DNA of 35,159 bases from Octopus bimaculoides (taxonomy: Eukaryota), in NCBI RefSeq assembly GCF_001194135.2, contig NC_068986.1, positions 103,000,336 to 103,035,494 of the forward strand, given 5' to 3'. Numbering within the stretch: position 1 is the stretch's first letter; each line of letters opens with the position of its first letter. A program made the position numbers and the translations under genes. Under the pieces are notes generated by a model. The model was not told the DNA's origin. It did not search any database and saw only the letters and a program-made list of their open reading frames with translations. This document shows, piece after piece, positions 1-11,668 of this stretch.

Positions 1-51
1 TATTAGTCAAATAAAACAAGTGGTCTAGCATATTAAAGAAAATCTTCGGAT

Positions 52-146
52 TTTATATATATATATATATGTATGTATGTATGTATGTGTGTGTGTGTGT
101 GTGTATGTGTGTGTGTGTCTGTGTGTGTCTGTGCGTGTGTGTGTGT
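52..146. repeat. Compound microsatellite (TA)n-(TATG)n-(TG)n
   Basis: Directly visible simple repeats. Confidence 0.95.
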
Positions 147-164
147 TTTAAATAAAAACTTGCT

Positions 165-297
165 AGGGCCGAATCGATGCAATGTGCAATCAAATGTTAC
201 GTTTAAAGACAAAAAGCGTCGCCTGGTGCAGTGAGAGAAAATACGATCTTGAGATTATGAATGTTACACCTTAACCACGAGACCACGCGCATTCACT
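165..297 (-). mobile_element. Degraded tRNA-derived SINE head
   Basis: Reverse complement begins GCGCGTGGTCTCGTGGTTAAGGTG, an A-box-like tRNA head, followed by an eroded body. Confidence 0.5.
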
Positions 298-499
298 ACA
301 TACATATGTGCACGAACCGGTAGTGGCACTGGATTCAAAATACAATTAACCTTATCCTTGGATAGTGGTTTGTAACAATGTATTCACACTGAAACAAGAC
401 TACACATTGTGCTTACACTTCGATGTCTTTTAGAATTGCTTTTCGCTTTGTATGTTAACGTGTCTGCCTGTGTGCATGTGCGTGCGTGTATTTAGATTT

Positions 500-715
500 A
501 GAACACCTCGGGAGGTTTTATCAATAGACCGATTGAAATGGGTTGCAGAAATTTGATAGCAGGCGGTCGGCATTTATTGTCCTGGAGATCCCGAATCTAC
601 TCTATTTCGATGTTTATCAATTTTAATCTCCGAGAAAATCTCTGAGCTGACTAAATTGTTACATTAGTGACCTCCCGAATGACAAAATTGCGTTTTGTAT
701 TACTTCTGCGAGGCT
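500..715 (+). pseudogene. C-type lectin domain remnant (C-terminal half)
   Basis: Motifs in canonical CTLD order across frameshifts: LKWV (TGG at 539), CPGDPESTLFRCLSI (from ~577), E*QNCVLYYFCE (to 712). They correspond to W.DG / W.PGEP...C / W.D..C....YFCE. Confidence 0.55.
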
Positions 716-2037
716 GCACCTTTTTGTTCGCAAACTGTATTAACAATAGAAGTATCCACTTACTTCTACTTAACTCGAAATATACATAATATATAAATAA
801 ACAGCTGCAAAACTCTTTCTGATATCAGTACTACCTATTATTGTAGAGCTGTTTTCAGAACGATTCTTCGAAAAGTTGTTTTTACCTCCTAGGGAGGGAG
901 ATTTTCTTTTAAAGCACTTAACGTAGAGAAAGCTAAAATAATAGTCATTCCGTTACACTGCATTTAACACACAGAGAACCTTTCAAAAGCCAAATAACTT
1001 TTTTTTTAACAAGAATTTCTGGTGACGGGGTCGTGCTGAAAATAACACGATCAATACTTGATCAATAGCAGAACCAAACCTTTTATATCAATTTCACAGG
1101 CATCCGTAAAAAGGCCATTCATTTTGACCAGCAAACTTTCGTTTGCCAACAATACTGTTCTTCAGGCTTTCTCTCTCTCTCGTCAATCTTCTGCTTTTAC
1201 TTATTCATTTTTTCTTCTTCCTAATCTACAAATAATATTTATAGAACTACTACTAATATTCACAAGGTGTTGTTAAACGTTGAAGATACCATTAATGGTG
1301 CGATGTCAAAAATGGTTATGCATAGTGAAGAAGGAATAATCATAGACTATACATACATACAGAATTAAGGATAAAATCACTTTGATGGCTTTATCAAGTA
1401 GCCAGTTTTAAATAAAAACCACGTAGGTAACATTTTATACTAAATTTATAATGATATAGAAAATTAAACTAAAGGGTGCCGGTGAACCACACCTACACGC
1501 TAGAAATAGATTCCAAATGGCTCTAAAAATCACCTTACTACTCTATTAGCACAGGTTGTAATCGGGCAGATGAAAAAATAAATAAATCAAACTTTTGCAC
1601 GTATATACTAGCAACCTCATCTCAACCACATGCATTTTTATCAAAATAACTTCGCAGTGAATGCAATTTGATCAGGAGATTTTTTATATATATATATATA
1701 TAGAATTAAGGATAAAATCACTTTAATGATGTTATCAAGTGGGTATGTATAAATATTTGCTTGTGTTTGATATACTGTACTGAAGATAACAAGGTGTTTT
1801 CATAATGGAGAAGTGAGGTAGTTTCTCGGGCCATGTGCGGGTGTGTGTGTGTGTGAGTGTTTATATATATACATATATATATAATTTGTGTTGCTTATCT
1901 TCAAATTTTATTCACCAAATCTCTTGATTTTGTTTTTGGTTTATACCCTACCAAATTCTGGTGCCTCAAACATTTTAAGTACCACATTTAATCTTTTGAT
2001 TAAATCTATATTATTATTATATATATTTATATATATA

Positions 2038-2040
<3 letters not shown>

Positions 2041-2085
<45 letters not shown>

Positions 2086-2095
2086 NNNNNNNNNN

Positions 2096-2150
<55 letters not shown>
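2041..2150. repeat. (TG)n microsatellite with an internal 10-N gap
   Basis: Directly visible. Confidence 0.95.
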
Positions 2151-2153
<3 letters not shown>

Positions 2154-2165
2154 CATATATATATA

Positions 2166-3330
2166 TGGTGAATTCACAACGAAACAAAACACGAAGTCAC
2201 GTGTTGTAGACAACAAACAGATGTGTTAGTTTAACGCTCAGGAAGTGAAAAGTATTTAACGTTTCGAGCCTACGCTCTTCTACAGAGGAGAACACAGAAA
2301 GAAACACGGAGAGAAAACAAAGAATCTATAGTGGCTAGCAATCTATCATGGCGAATGCCGGACAGAAGGGTTACACAGGAGAGCTAAGAAGAAGGAGAGA
2401 TAATATAGCAATGGTGATCCCAAAACGAAGATGCGCGTGCGTGTGTATATGAGAGCCTTCATGTGCGTCTAGAAGAGGGCTGGTGACCTTGACGTATGAC
2501 TGTGTGTATGAAGGTATCGCGCTGGGAAGTGGTCCGTGGTAGTGTGTGCGTGGTAGTGTGATGTGAAGTGGTTTTGTGTGATATGGTGGTGTATGATGTA
2601 GTGGTGTGTAGTGTGGTGTGATGGTTTGGGGTGGTTGGGAGGAGAAACTGGGGAAAGCAAGGGTGGGATGTAGCTTAGGCTTAGGGTGGGGGTAAAGGCA
2701 GGGCATGTGGGTTAGGCTGAGGGTGGGGGTAGAGGTGGGTATGTAGGAATGGATGTAAGGGATGGGGTGGGATAGGATGGGATGGATAGGGAATGTGGGG
2801 TTGGATTGTGTAGGGGTGGAGTTACGAAGGAAGGGTGAAGATGAAGGGAGAAGAGCAAGGGAGAGGGTGAGTTGACGTGAAGAGAAGAGAGAAGGAGAGT
2901 AGGAGTGAAGAGAAGTAGGAGTCGGAGCAAGAGAGGAGAGGTGGGTGGGAGGAAGTAGGTGTGCGATGGAGAGAGGAGAAGGGAAGAGGGTGAGATGACG
3001 AGGTGAGGAGAGTTGAGCCCATGCGATGATTAATCCCTGTTTACGGCGAAGACGGGTGTCCTGATGCCCCCTGTGCAAGGACAATCCGAACACAGACAGG
3101 TGTTGCAATGAGTGACCGGTTGAGCGGAAATGGCACGAGACCGGGGTCTCATTGCCGAGTCGGATGTCTCGGAGGTGTTCCGCGAACCGGTCAGCCAAGT
3201 GGTGTCCCGTTTGCCCGAAGTATAGAGCAGGGCAGAGAGAGAGAGCAGGAGATGCAGTAAATGACATTGGTAGAAATGCAGGTGAAGGAGTCGATGATAT
3301 GATAGGGTTGATGCGCCGGGGATCTTTGTT
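2166..3330 (-). mobile_element. 5'-truncated Penelope-like retroelement: GIY-YIG endonuclease fragment, low-complexity 3' region and terminal repeat-like region
   Basis: Minus strand ~3310-3025 reads PYHIIDSFTCISTNVIYCISC..(frameshift in a CT run)..CPALYFGQTGHHLADRFAEHLRDIRLGNETPVSCHFRSTGHSLQHLSVFGL. This is the VIY..C..C..YIG(E/Q)T..L..RF.EH signature of PLE GIY-YIG domains. A hammerhead-like motif lies downstream. Confidence 0.85.
2258..2285 (-). ncRNA. Minimal hammerhead-ribozyme-like motif of the PLE terminal repeat, one catalytic-core mismatch
   Basis: Reverse complement is CTGTAGA-A-GAGC-GTAG-GCTC-GAAACGTT: a CUGANGA-like box (A6 is U here), a perfect 4-bp stem II, a GAAA box and a palindromic AACGTT at stem III. 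Confidence 0.6.
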
Positions 3331-3744
3331 ATCGTTGTTATCGTTGTTGTTTGACATCTGCTCTATTTAGGCGACGGTGATGTGTTATGAACCAGTAATC
3401 TATACAGGAATTACGTATGAAATACAGTAGCCATTGTTCATTGTAAAATACGTTATGATGATTTTATTAGTAACTAAGTGTAAGTGTAAGTTTACAACGA
3501 AGCATTTTGAAACCTTCTTATTTCATTTCAAATCTCATTTCGTTTTATTACTCATCACCTGTAGATCATATCACTATTTTTATTATATGCTAGCATTAAA
3601 TGAACACATACCTGTTATACGTCACACCTTTTCTTTAATACATTCAGTTTTTGTCACATTTCTATTCTCTCATATTCTCCTGGTATTAACAATATTAGTT
3701 ATTTTGCATTCTCTTGATTTCTCACTTCCCGAAAAAAAATATAT

Positions 3745-4050
3745 CAATGTTTCACGATTCAGACTCACAATTCTACCATTTCATTGGCTGAAGAAATCCC
3801 AAAGAGTTTTCATGTTTTTACAGTAGTGAATAATGGGAGTTTTATGTTCCTATAATTTCTCCTTCTTTCGCAATATGTTCTGTCAATGCAATTCCTAGCA
3901 AATAAACTTTGCAACGCAGTCTTTTAAATTCATTGTCAGCTAATGTCTTACAAGTATACCTTGTCAATGAACTGATAGAAATTTTGCGCAGTATCTATTA
4001 ATAAACTAGAATGGTCAAATGTTTCAGCCTGAGGCATTCCGTTTCATTTA
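3745..4050 (+). pseudogene. Possible CTLD remnant
   Basis: QCFTIQTHNSTISLAEE near 3745 and KFCAVSINKLEWSNVSA*GIPF near 3980-4045 resemble a CTLD start and end. Confidence 0.35.
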
Positions 4051-4101
4051 CTTATCATTGACGTTGGTTTAACAATATCCCCGTATTTACTTCTTTACTA
4101 G

Positions 4102-4118
4102 ACAAACATTATTTAAAG

Positions 4119-4187
<69 letters not shown>

Positions 4188-4189
4188 AA
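4102..4189. repeat. (CA)n microsatellite
   Basis: Directly visible. Confidence 0.95.
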
Positions 4190-5244
4190 CTATTCGCCCA
4201 AGTCATTTTTTTTGGCTTGGTAATATAAAGTACTAGTCAAGTACTGAATCAATGTAATCGACCCACTAACACTCCCATCGAAAACTGCCGGCCTTTCCCC
4301 AAAACTCCGAATATTTTTTGGCTCTTTCATTATACCAACAACTGTTAGGCTGCACGTACTTTTTGGCATGTGCTCTTTATAAATAGCTCGTATAGAAATG
4401 TGAAATGTTATCAAATACCTGGTGTTTTCCGGCTGTTTGTGGTTTCTGGCCTATCAGATTCTTTTGTTGTAACTACAGTTTGAACATTCCGTCCTTGGTG
4501 AGTGAGTTCATTTCTGTTTTTAGCGATCTCTTGATAAAATCAGTTTTGATTTGCTGCTTATTCCATGAATCTTTGTTATTGTCTATAATGATGGGTGTTT
4601 TGAGATTTATCGTTGATTTCTTGCGATTTAAATTCTTTGATTTAGAATAATTTCATTTCATATTCTGCATTTCTTTAATAGTAAACTTTATATTTTATCT
4701 TGATTTCTATATGGAGTGAGAGTTATTCTCCCTTCTTTATTTCCTACGACGCTTGCTTAGGTATAAACATTTCTATATACGAGTTTTTTTTAGAAAAACA
4801 TATATTCCATTGTTATTACTGTGGATGCTGCTTGCACCTCTTATTTTAATCTAGTGAAATTAATGTTTACATGCTAAATGTAGCGAGCTAGTTATATTTT
4901 CGTCATACGTCTCATTGCCAGAAAATTCTTGAACGAATAATAAGAATGTCTTTGGAATATAATTCCTGCTATTCCAACTCCAAGTTTTTCATATTCAAAA
5001 AATTTAATTTCTTCATTTTCTTCGTATCCACTACCCTTCTTATATTTGTTTGTATATTTCTGGTTTTGTTCAGATTATTTGGTCAATAATTTTCGGGTAA
5101 AACAAGTAACATTTTTATGTTTCAGTGCTATATTTGGTTGGCTTGAAATAATTCTATGTTCGTGTTTTATATCCACGCTGTTGACATTTTTTTATAGCAA
5201 CGTTTTCCTTTCTCCAAATGTTATATGTATATATATTCGTAGTT

Positions 5245-6254
5245 TCATAGGCTCTATACTTATTAATGAAATGAAAAGGTAGGCTGTGATTGTGGCTTTC
5301 GATGATATAAGCATGTTGGTTTAGAAATTTCTCGTTTCTGAAAGTTGCAAGATCTTTTGTCCACAAGATTCGGTGTGAGTTAGAGAAAGAACATGGAAGC
5401 GTATTACCTGTATCAAAACGTATAAGATATTCCAAACGCTCTGATTCGATGAAGATACCTGAATTTATTCCGGAGGTTAAACAAAACATTGAAGACAATC
5501 CAGGAAAATCAATGAGAACAATTCAGAAACAATTTCGTGAGTCAGAAAAAGAATCAGAAATGCATGAAGACATCTTACGTGATGAAGAGAGGTTAATTCA
5601 TGCCAGAAAAACAAAAGAAAACCGTTTAATCAGCTTCAAAAGACTTTTGAACAAACTTTAAAATCCATCAGAAGATGGTATGTTTTGGTTTTCTTCAGAT
5701 GAGAAAAACTTTGACCAGGACCAAAAAGCTAACAGAAGAAATGACAGATGGTTATGTGCAGACCCTTCTGATGTTCCAAGAGTGATGCACACAACATTTC
5801 TTGAAAGTGTCATGGTTTTGGGTGTTGTTATCAACGAAGTACGTGTGATGCCTCCTCACTTTTTACCACGATGTTGCTGCGTATATTGAGGTTCTGGATA
5901 AAGTTGTTAGGCCTTGGATCAACAACGTATGCAATGGAAGTTCTTTTACTTTTTAACAAGATTCTACACTACAGAACGAGGCTCAAATAACACAAGAATG
6001 GATTACCGACAATCTTCATGATCACATCACTCCCAGCATTTGGCCTCCTTATTCTTCAGATCTTAATCCACTGGACTACTATGTATGGAGCATTGTTGAA
6101 AGGAATGTCAATCACCCCCACCCCCATAGCACACAAGATATTTGAAAGCCGCCATAGTTTGAGTCATGTCCGACAGGACCACTTAATCCGATCTCTTGTA
6201 GATGATTTCGACTCTGTAACATTCCTGGTTAGAACGAATGCTACAGTTATTTAG
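5245..6254 (+). mobile_element. Tc1/mariner-superfamily transposase pseudogene, DD37D (maT-type)
   Basis: N-terminal HTH-like FLKVARSFVHKIRCELE..SKRSDSMKIPEF..NPGKSMR, then FSSDEKNF (first D), VMVLGVV, QDS (D at 5960) and WPPYSSDLNPLDYYVW (D at 6074). I count 37 residues between the second and third D. Stops and frameshifts are present; TIRs not identified. Confidence 0.9.
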
Positions 6255-6607
6255 CCCCGGGAAACATCGTATCCAGCTAGCTATACGATGAACTATCTGT
6301 GTCCTTATATCTTCGAACAAGAGAGTTTAGCATCCACACTCAGCACAAAACAATATCTGAGTGTGTCACGATTTCTGGGTAATCTCCCTTTATCAGCACA
6401 GAATAACTGTTCGGTAAGAGGTAAAATCTTTATTATGATCATTATGGTCTGACATAGAATAAGACAATACAGGACAAACAATATACAAAAATGTATATTA
6501 GACATCAATCTAGCCTAGATATGACGAGCGAACTCACAACATAGTATATGTTAAAAACACTGCTAATTATCTAAATGTGGTTATAACTTCTCTTCAACCA
6601 ATTACAG

Positions 6608-6769
6608 TTCCTTTTCCAAATATGTAACAGAATGTAGGACCACGTGTTTTGTCGTACGAAAGATGGATACATTAATGTCTAAATATACGAGACTAATGAC
6701 ACATATTCTATACGCCATGTGATTGAAGCTACTCTTATATCTGTTTCATTCACAAATACCCCACATGAG
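6608..6769 (+). pseudogene. Exon-like CTLD remnant (C-terminal half)
   Basis: Bounded by TTACAG| and GAG|GTAAGA (162 nt). One frame reads VLSYERWIH*CLNIRD**HIFYTPCD*SYSYICF, with many stops. Confidence 0.5.
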
Positions 6770-7796
6770 GTAAGATATAATATTATTGTTTCCACGAACC
6801 CTAACATTCTCTGTGCATATAAGAAAGTTTCAGGGAAAGACCTTAGGGATACCTGTAGGTGAATTGATAATTAAGTTATGTCTCCCATTACAGGATTTCA
6901 GTTGCGTGCTCCTGGCTTGTACCAAGCAATATTTTTTTCTGCAGAGCACTGGACCGAACGAAGAGTAATGGTATATCTCACAACGCATACTTTCCATTAT
7001 ATCTAGGTCTGTTTTATATTTAGCGTATAAAGTTTGAAATGCAGAAAAAAATATATAAATTAAAACAAAATGTAGAATTTTCTTAAGTAACAAAATTTAC
7101 ATTATGCAACCCAAGAGCTTTATGCATCAGTGAAACCTGGAAAAATTCAGGTTTAGACTTATGTATGCATTACAATAAAAATATATTTGCAAATATAGTT
7201 ACGTACAAAAAAACTGTTGCAAGTTAAACCATTTATGTTTAATAAAAACAAAAAAAAATGTTTTCGTATATCAGGCACCCGGACAAATTTGGCCGCCTCT
7301 GTTTGTTACACACAGCAGAATATAAATTAACAATGGCATAGCATACAGATGTATCTTCGTATGGTTTGTTATGAGTCTTCTCTGAATGATTTTCTCATGG
7401 CATGACGGCTTACACTTTTCATGTACAAATAGATTCTGCATTTTATATTTCATTGTTTTGTTTCAAAGGTGTATATATATATATATATATATATATTTGT
7501 GTGTGTATGCCTCAGTATGCTCGCGGGCGTGTGTGTGTGTGTGTGTTCCTGTGTGCCTCTGTGTGTTTTCATTATTTGTTCAATAGTTTATTCTTTTTTT
7601 TATGTCTAGGATATTATTGACTCCAATAAATTTGCATACAATATTTCATTTATCTCGCTTTATGTACGCCATCTTGGTTTTCGTTTTCAAACACCATAGT
7701 GCTATTTGAGTAAAATGTTTCTATTACGGCCGCATCGTAGCTGTGGAACACTTTTCCTTTAAGTTTATTTCTAGTATTAGTTTGCTGATAATGCTG

Positions 7797-7935
7797 GTAA
7801 GCTGGCATTTCATCCATCATTACATTCAGTGTTCAAATTCCACTGAGGTCGACTTCGCTTTTCATTTTTTCGGGGTCCATAAACTAAGTATCAGTTATGC
7901 ACTGGGGTCGATGTAATCGATTTACACTTTTCCTA
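7797..7935 (+). mobile_element. SINE family A fragment
   Basis: GTTCAAATTCCACTGAGGTCGAC...GGGGTCGATGTAATCGA matches the copy at 18508. Confidence 0.75.
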
Positions 7936-8080
7936 ATATTACTGACCAGCGAAAGACTGAAGCCATTATTATTTTGGTTATACTGCGACATGAAATAATG
8001 CTATTCTTTAATAATTAAAATTTTGATTGGATATTCTTTTCGATGTCTATATTGAATTATTTTAGCATTTATGAGTAAAT

Positions 8081-8476
8081 ATGTGGAGGCGCAATGGCCC
8101 AGTGGTTAGGGCAACGGACTCGTGGTCATAGCATCGCGGTTTCGAGTCCCAGACCTGGCGTTGTGAGTGTTTATTGAACGAAAACACCAAAAGCTCTACG
8201 AGGCTCCGACAGGGGATGGTGGCGAACCCTGCTGTACTCTTCCACCACGACTTTCTCTCATTCTTACTTCCTGTTTCTGTTGTGCCTGTAATTCAAAGGG
8301 TCAGCCTTGTCACACTCTGTATCACGCTGAATCTCCACGAGAACTACGTTAAGGGTACACGTGTCTGTGGAGTGCTCAACCACTTGCACGTTAATTTCAG
8401 TAGCAGGCTGTTCCGTTGATCAGATCAACTGGAACCTTCGACGTCGTAAGCGACGGAGTGCCAACAACAACAACAA
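8081..8476 (+). mobile_element. Full-length tRNA-derived SINE (family B) with an (AAC)n tail and 11-bp target-site duplication
   Basis: A-box TGGCCCAGTGG, B-box GGTTTCGAGTCCC and a CAACAACAACAA tail. TATGAGTAAAT occurs at both 8070-8080 and 8477-8487. Confidence 0.9.
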
Positions 8477-8488
8477 TATGAGTAAATG

Positions 8489-8567
8489 TCGGTAGCACTG
8501 CCTTCGGTAGCACTGCCCCTCGGTAGCACTGCCCCTTGGTAGCACTGCCCCTCGGTAGCACTGCCAC
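8489..8567. repeat. 16-bp GC-rich minisatellite, 5 units of T(C/T)GGTAGCACTGCC(CC)
   Basis: Directly visible; first unit is 15 bp; no spacers. Confidence 0.95.
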
Positions 8568-8639
8568 TGCTTGATCACATACCTGCGGATCGGCAACCAC
8601 GGCATGCCCAGGCTCTCTTAGCAGTTAATAATGATAAAA

Positions 8640-8765
8640 CATATGAGCAGGGAAAAAAGAACACGTGTCAGATTTCATTCAGTGGCACGGTACTCCAAAA
8701 CGAAGCGACGATAGAATACAATCCCTCAACATTCTACGTTATGGTATGTAAGCGGAATGTTATTG
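8640..8765 (+). pseudogene. Possible CTLD C-terminal remnant
   Basis: KNTCQISFSG...STFYVMVCKR in one frame (Cys at 8747) and FIQWHGTP in an overlapping frame. Confidence 0.35.
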
Positions 8766-9771
8766 AACCCAGCATCAAGTAGTTACAAAGTTATCTTCTT
8801 AATCACTCGGTAATTCCTGCGTGGCGTTAGTAACTGTAATTTAATACCTGAGCTTAAAATTAGATTATAATATGTGTGTGTGTATAAATATATATATATA
8901 TGTATGTATGTATGTTTTTTTTAATTATATTAAACATTATGCCATAATTAAATAACACTATTTCAAATTATATGATATCTTTAATTAGATTTTTATGTAA
9001 TATCTAATTTTAATTTTCCCATATCTCCAATTAAATAACAAGAATAAAAATTTGAATACAATGGAATTACTAATTAAATTTCATATTACTACTGATATTC
9101 CATCATATTAATATAGATTCCTACATATTAATATATATTCCTATGCCGTATCAATAGAAATTTCTTAATGTTATTCATTCGTGTTTGTTTTAACATCACA
9201 GCAGTCGAGTACAGCTGCTAATGATACAGATGTTCAGATATTTATGTGAGAAACAGAAGTTCTACGCAAACAGCATATTCCAATACATACATATATATNN
9301 NNNNNNNNNNNNNNNNNNNNNNNNNNNNNNNNNNNNNNNNNNNNNNNNNNNNNNNNNNNNNNNNNNNNNNNNNNNNNNNNNNNNNNNNNNNNNNNNNNNN
9401 NNNNNNNNNNNNNNNNNNNNNNNNNNNNNNNNNNNNNNNNNNNNNNNNNNNNNNNNNNNNNNNNNNNNNNNNNNNNNNNNNNNNNNNNNNNNNNNNNNNN
9501 NNNNNNNNNNNNNNNNNNNNNNNNNNNNNNNNNNNNNNNNNNNNNNNNNNNNNNNNNNNNNNNNNNNNNNNNNNNNNNNNNNNNNNNNNNNNNNNNNNNN
9601 NNNNNNNNNNNNNNNNNNNNNNNNNNNNNNNNNNNNNNNNNNNNNNNNNNNNNNNNNNNNNNNNNNNNNNNNNNNNNNNNNNNNNNNNNNNNNNNNNNNN
9701 NNNNNNNNNNNNNNNNNNNNNNNNNNNNNNNNNNNNNNNNNNNNNNNNNNNNNNNNNNNNNNNNNNNNNNN

Positions 9772-9810
<39 letters not shown>

Positions 9811-10298
9811 ATTCAGATAAGGAGATCTCACAATAAGAAAATCTGTAAGAAATCGAGTTCCTAAATGTATCAGGAATTACGCGGATACATGAAAAGATGA
9901 GCTACTTTCCTCCATTCTACAGCTCTATGGGAATATATGCAATTGTATTATATAATGCTAAATCTGCATATCGTTGTAAATTGAGCGTCAATAATTTAGT
10001 AAGAAGGATATTAATAAAACTATATTGGGATTAGAAAACGCTGCAACCACACGGAAATCATACAAAATAATAGATTTCTAGTCAGGAAGTACAAAATTGC
10101 TCTTAGTTAGCTTCTAAACACCGAGAGACCAGTGATGAGTGGTGTAATAGACTTAGTTAATATGGCTTTACGTAGTGGTTGGAAACTGAGTGATTATATG
10201 GGAGATTAAAGCGTTTGGTGGCTATAGATGTATGTTACAGGGTGCAGTCTTAAGGACAGTGGTTTTAATCTTATCTATTTGAAGGAGATGAACATGTC

Positions 10299-10343
<45 letters not shown>

Positions 10344-10569
10344 NNNNNNNNNNNNNNNNNNNNNNNNNNNNNNNNNNNNNNNNNNNNNNNNNNNNNNNNN
10401 NNNNNNNNNNNNNNNNNNNNNNNNNNNNNNNNNNNNNNNNNNNNNNNNNNNNNNNNNNNNNNNNNNNNNNNNNNNNNNNNNNNNNNNNNNNNNNNNNNNN
10501 NNNNNNNNNNNNNNNNNNNNNNNNNNNNNNNNTATATATATGTATATATATGTATATATATGGAACGAG

Positions 10570-10980
10570 TAGACTATTCGGGTGAAGAAGTCACGCCTGG
10601 GGGTGATTGCCTTAGGGTTAAATATGGGGATAGTCGCCAAGAGGAAAATGAATGTGGAGGCTTTCTCCGTAGGAATAATGCTCAAAGAATGAATATTTAT
10701 TCGAATTGGATGTTAAGATAACTCTCCAAAGATGGTACAAGTTGCTTTTGGGTAGACATCCAACAGATCGACTGCAAATTGAAAGGCGAATGATTATGAG
10801 AGAACTGTGATGCAAGACAGAATTTTCGCCAGCCAGGCAGTTGTGAAAATATGAATTTCACCGCCAGATGAATTCCACCCAGATCTTCCTAGAGAATGGC
10901 ATGTTCTGGGTATTTTAGATCTTGCAGTCCGATTCTTGACTGAAGCGATCCAGTGCAAGTACAAGGTTGCTACCACACAA
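10570..10980 (-). mobile_element. Decayed LINE 3' end (CR1/L2-like RT C-terminal region)
   Basis: Minus-strand pieces SVKNRTARSKIP, VDLLDVY and PRRDFFTRIV recall the VQRRATK.IP / DL...YK / RR.FFT.RV motifs at the end of CR1-group ORF2. Heavily frameshifted. Confidence 0.5.
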
Positions 10981-11329
10981 CCAATTACTTTTAATTTCTA
11001 GAAAGAACAATAACCCTCTTAGTGGCACATCATTACTGATTGCGATGAATTTCAAAAAGTCAAAAAAATATCCCTACCTATATTCAGAAAGAGTGACTGA
11101 GTGAAAGAGAGGAAAATACATGTCTAGTGTTTAGACCATGCTAGAGAGTAAAACGGAAGAATGGACAACGAAGAAATTTTTGCGTGTGCTCATGATTGTC
11201 TGTCAAATTCTACAGACTGTAAATATGTATATACAAAGTTCATAGGCAGACAATGAAGGAATAATACTAGAGCTATGAAACCTTGCATGTATTAATTTCA
11301 TCTCTTCACATTAAGGACTGTATTAATTC

Positions 11330-11575
11330 TTATTTCTTTATTGCCCACAAGGGGCTAAACATAGAGGGGACAAACAAGGCCAGACAAAGGGGTTAAGTCG
11401 ATTACATCGACTCAATGCGTAACTGGTACTTAATTTAACGACCCCGTAAGGATGAAAGGCAATGTCGACCTCGGCGGAATTTGAACTCAGAACATAACGG
11501 CAGACGAAATACCACGCCCGATCTGGGAATCAAAATAGTGATCCTCCGACCGCGAGTCCGCTGTCCTAACCACGT
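11330..11575 (-). mobile_element. Chimeric SINE: family-B tRNA head (11514-11575) joined to family-A body and tail (11330-11513)
   Basis: Reverse complement CGTGGTTAGGACAGCGGACTCGCGGTCGGAGGATCACTATTTTGATTCCCAGATCGGGC matches the heads at 8081 and 32208, then runs directly into GTGGTATTTCGTCTGCCG...GAGTTCAAATTCCGCCGAGGTCGAC of family A. Confidence 0.75.
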
Positions 11576-11626
11576 CATATATATATATATACATAAATAT
11601 GCATATATATACATATATACATATAT

Positions 11627-11668
<42 letters not shown>

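Noticed and set aside
2371-3357. 328-aa ORF as a real protein
   Set aside because: Only ~70 aa are GIY-YIG; the rest is Pro/Ser/His/Leu low-complexity translation of a pyrimidine-rich tract that lacks stops by composition.
5280-5430. Apparent CTLD start (CWFRNFSFLKVARSF...C...GSVL)
   Set aside because: It is the N-terminal HTH region of the DD37D transposase. This shows that by-eye CTLD matching gives false positives.
6255-6413. Open 53-codon exon-like segment with AG and GTAAGA boundaries
   Set aside because: The putative acceptor coincides with the transposase stop codon and CTLD similarity is only partial, so it is not called.
8489-8567. CRISPR-like array
   Set aside because: The units are contiguous with no spacers, there are no cas genes and the context is eukaryotic.
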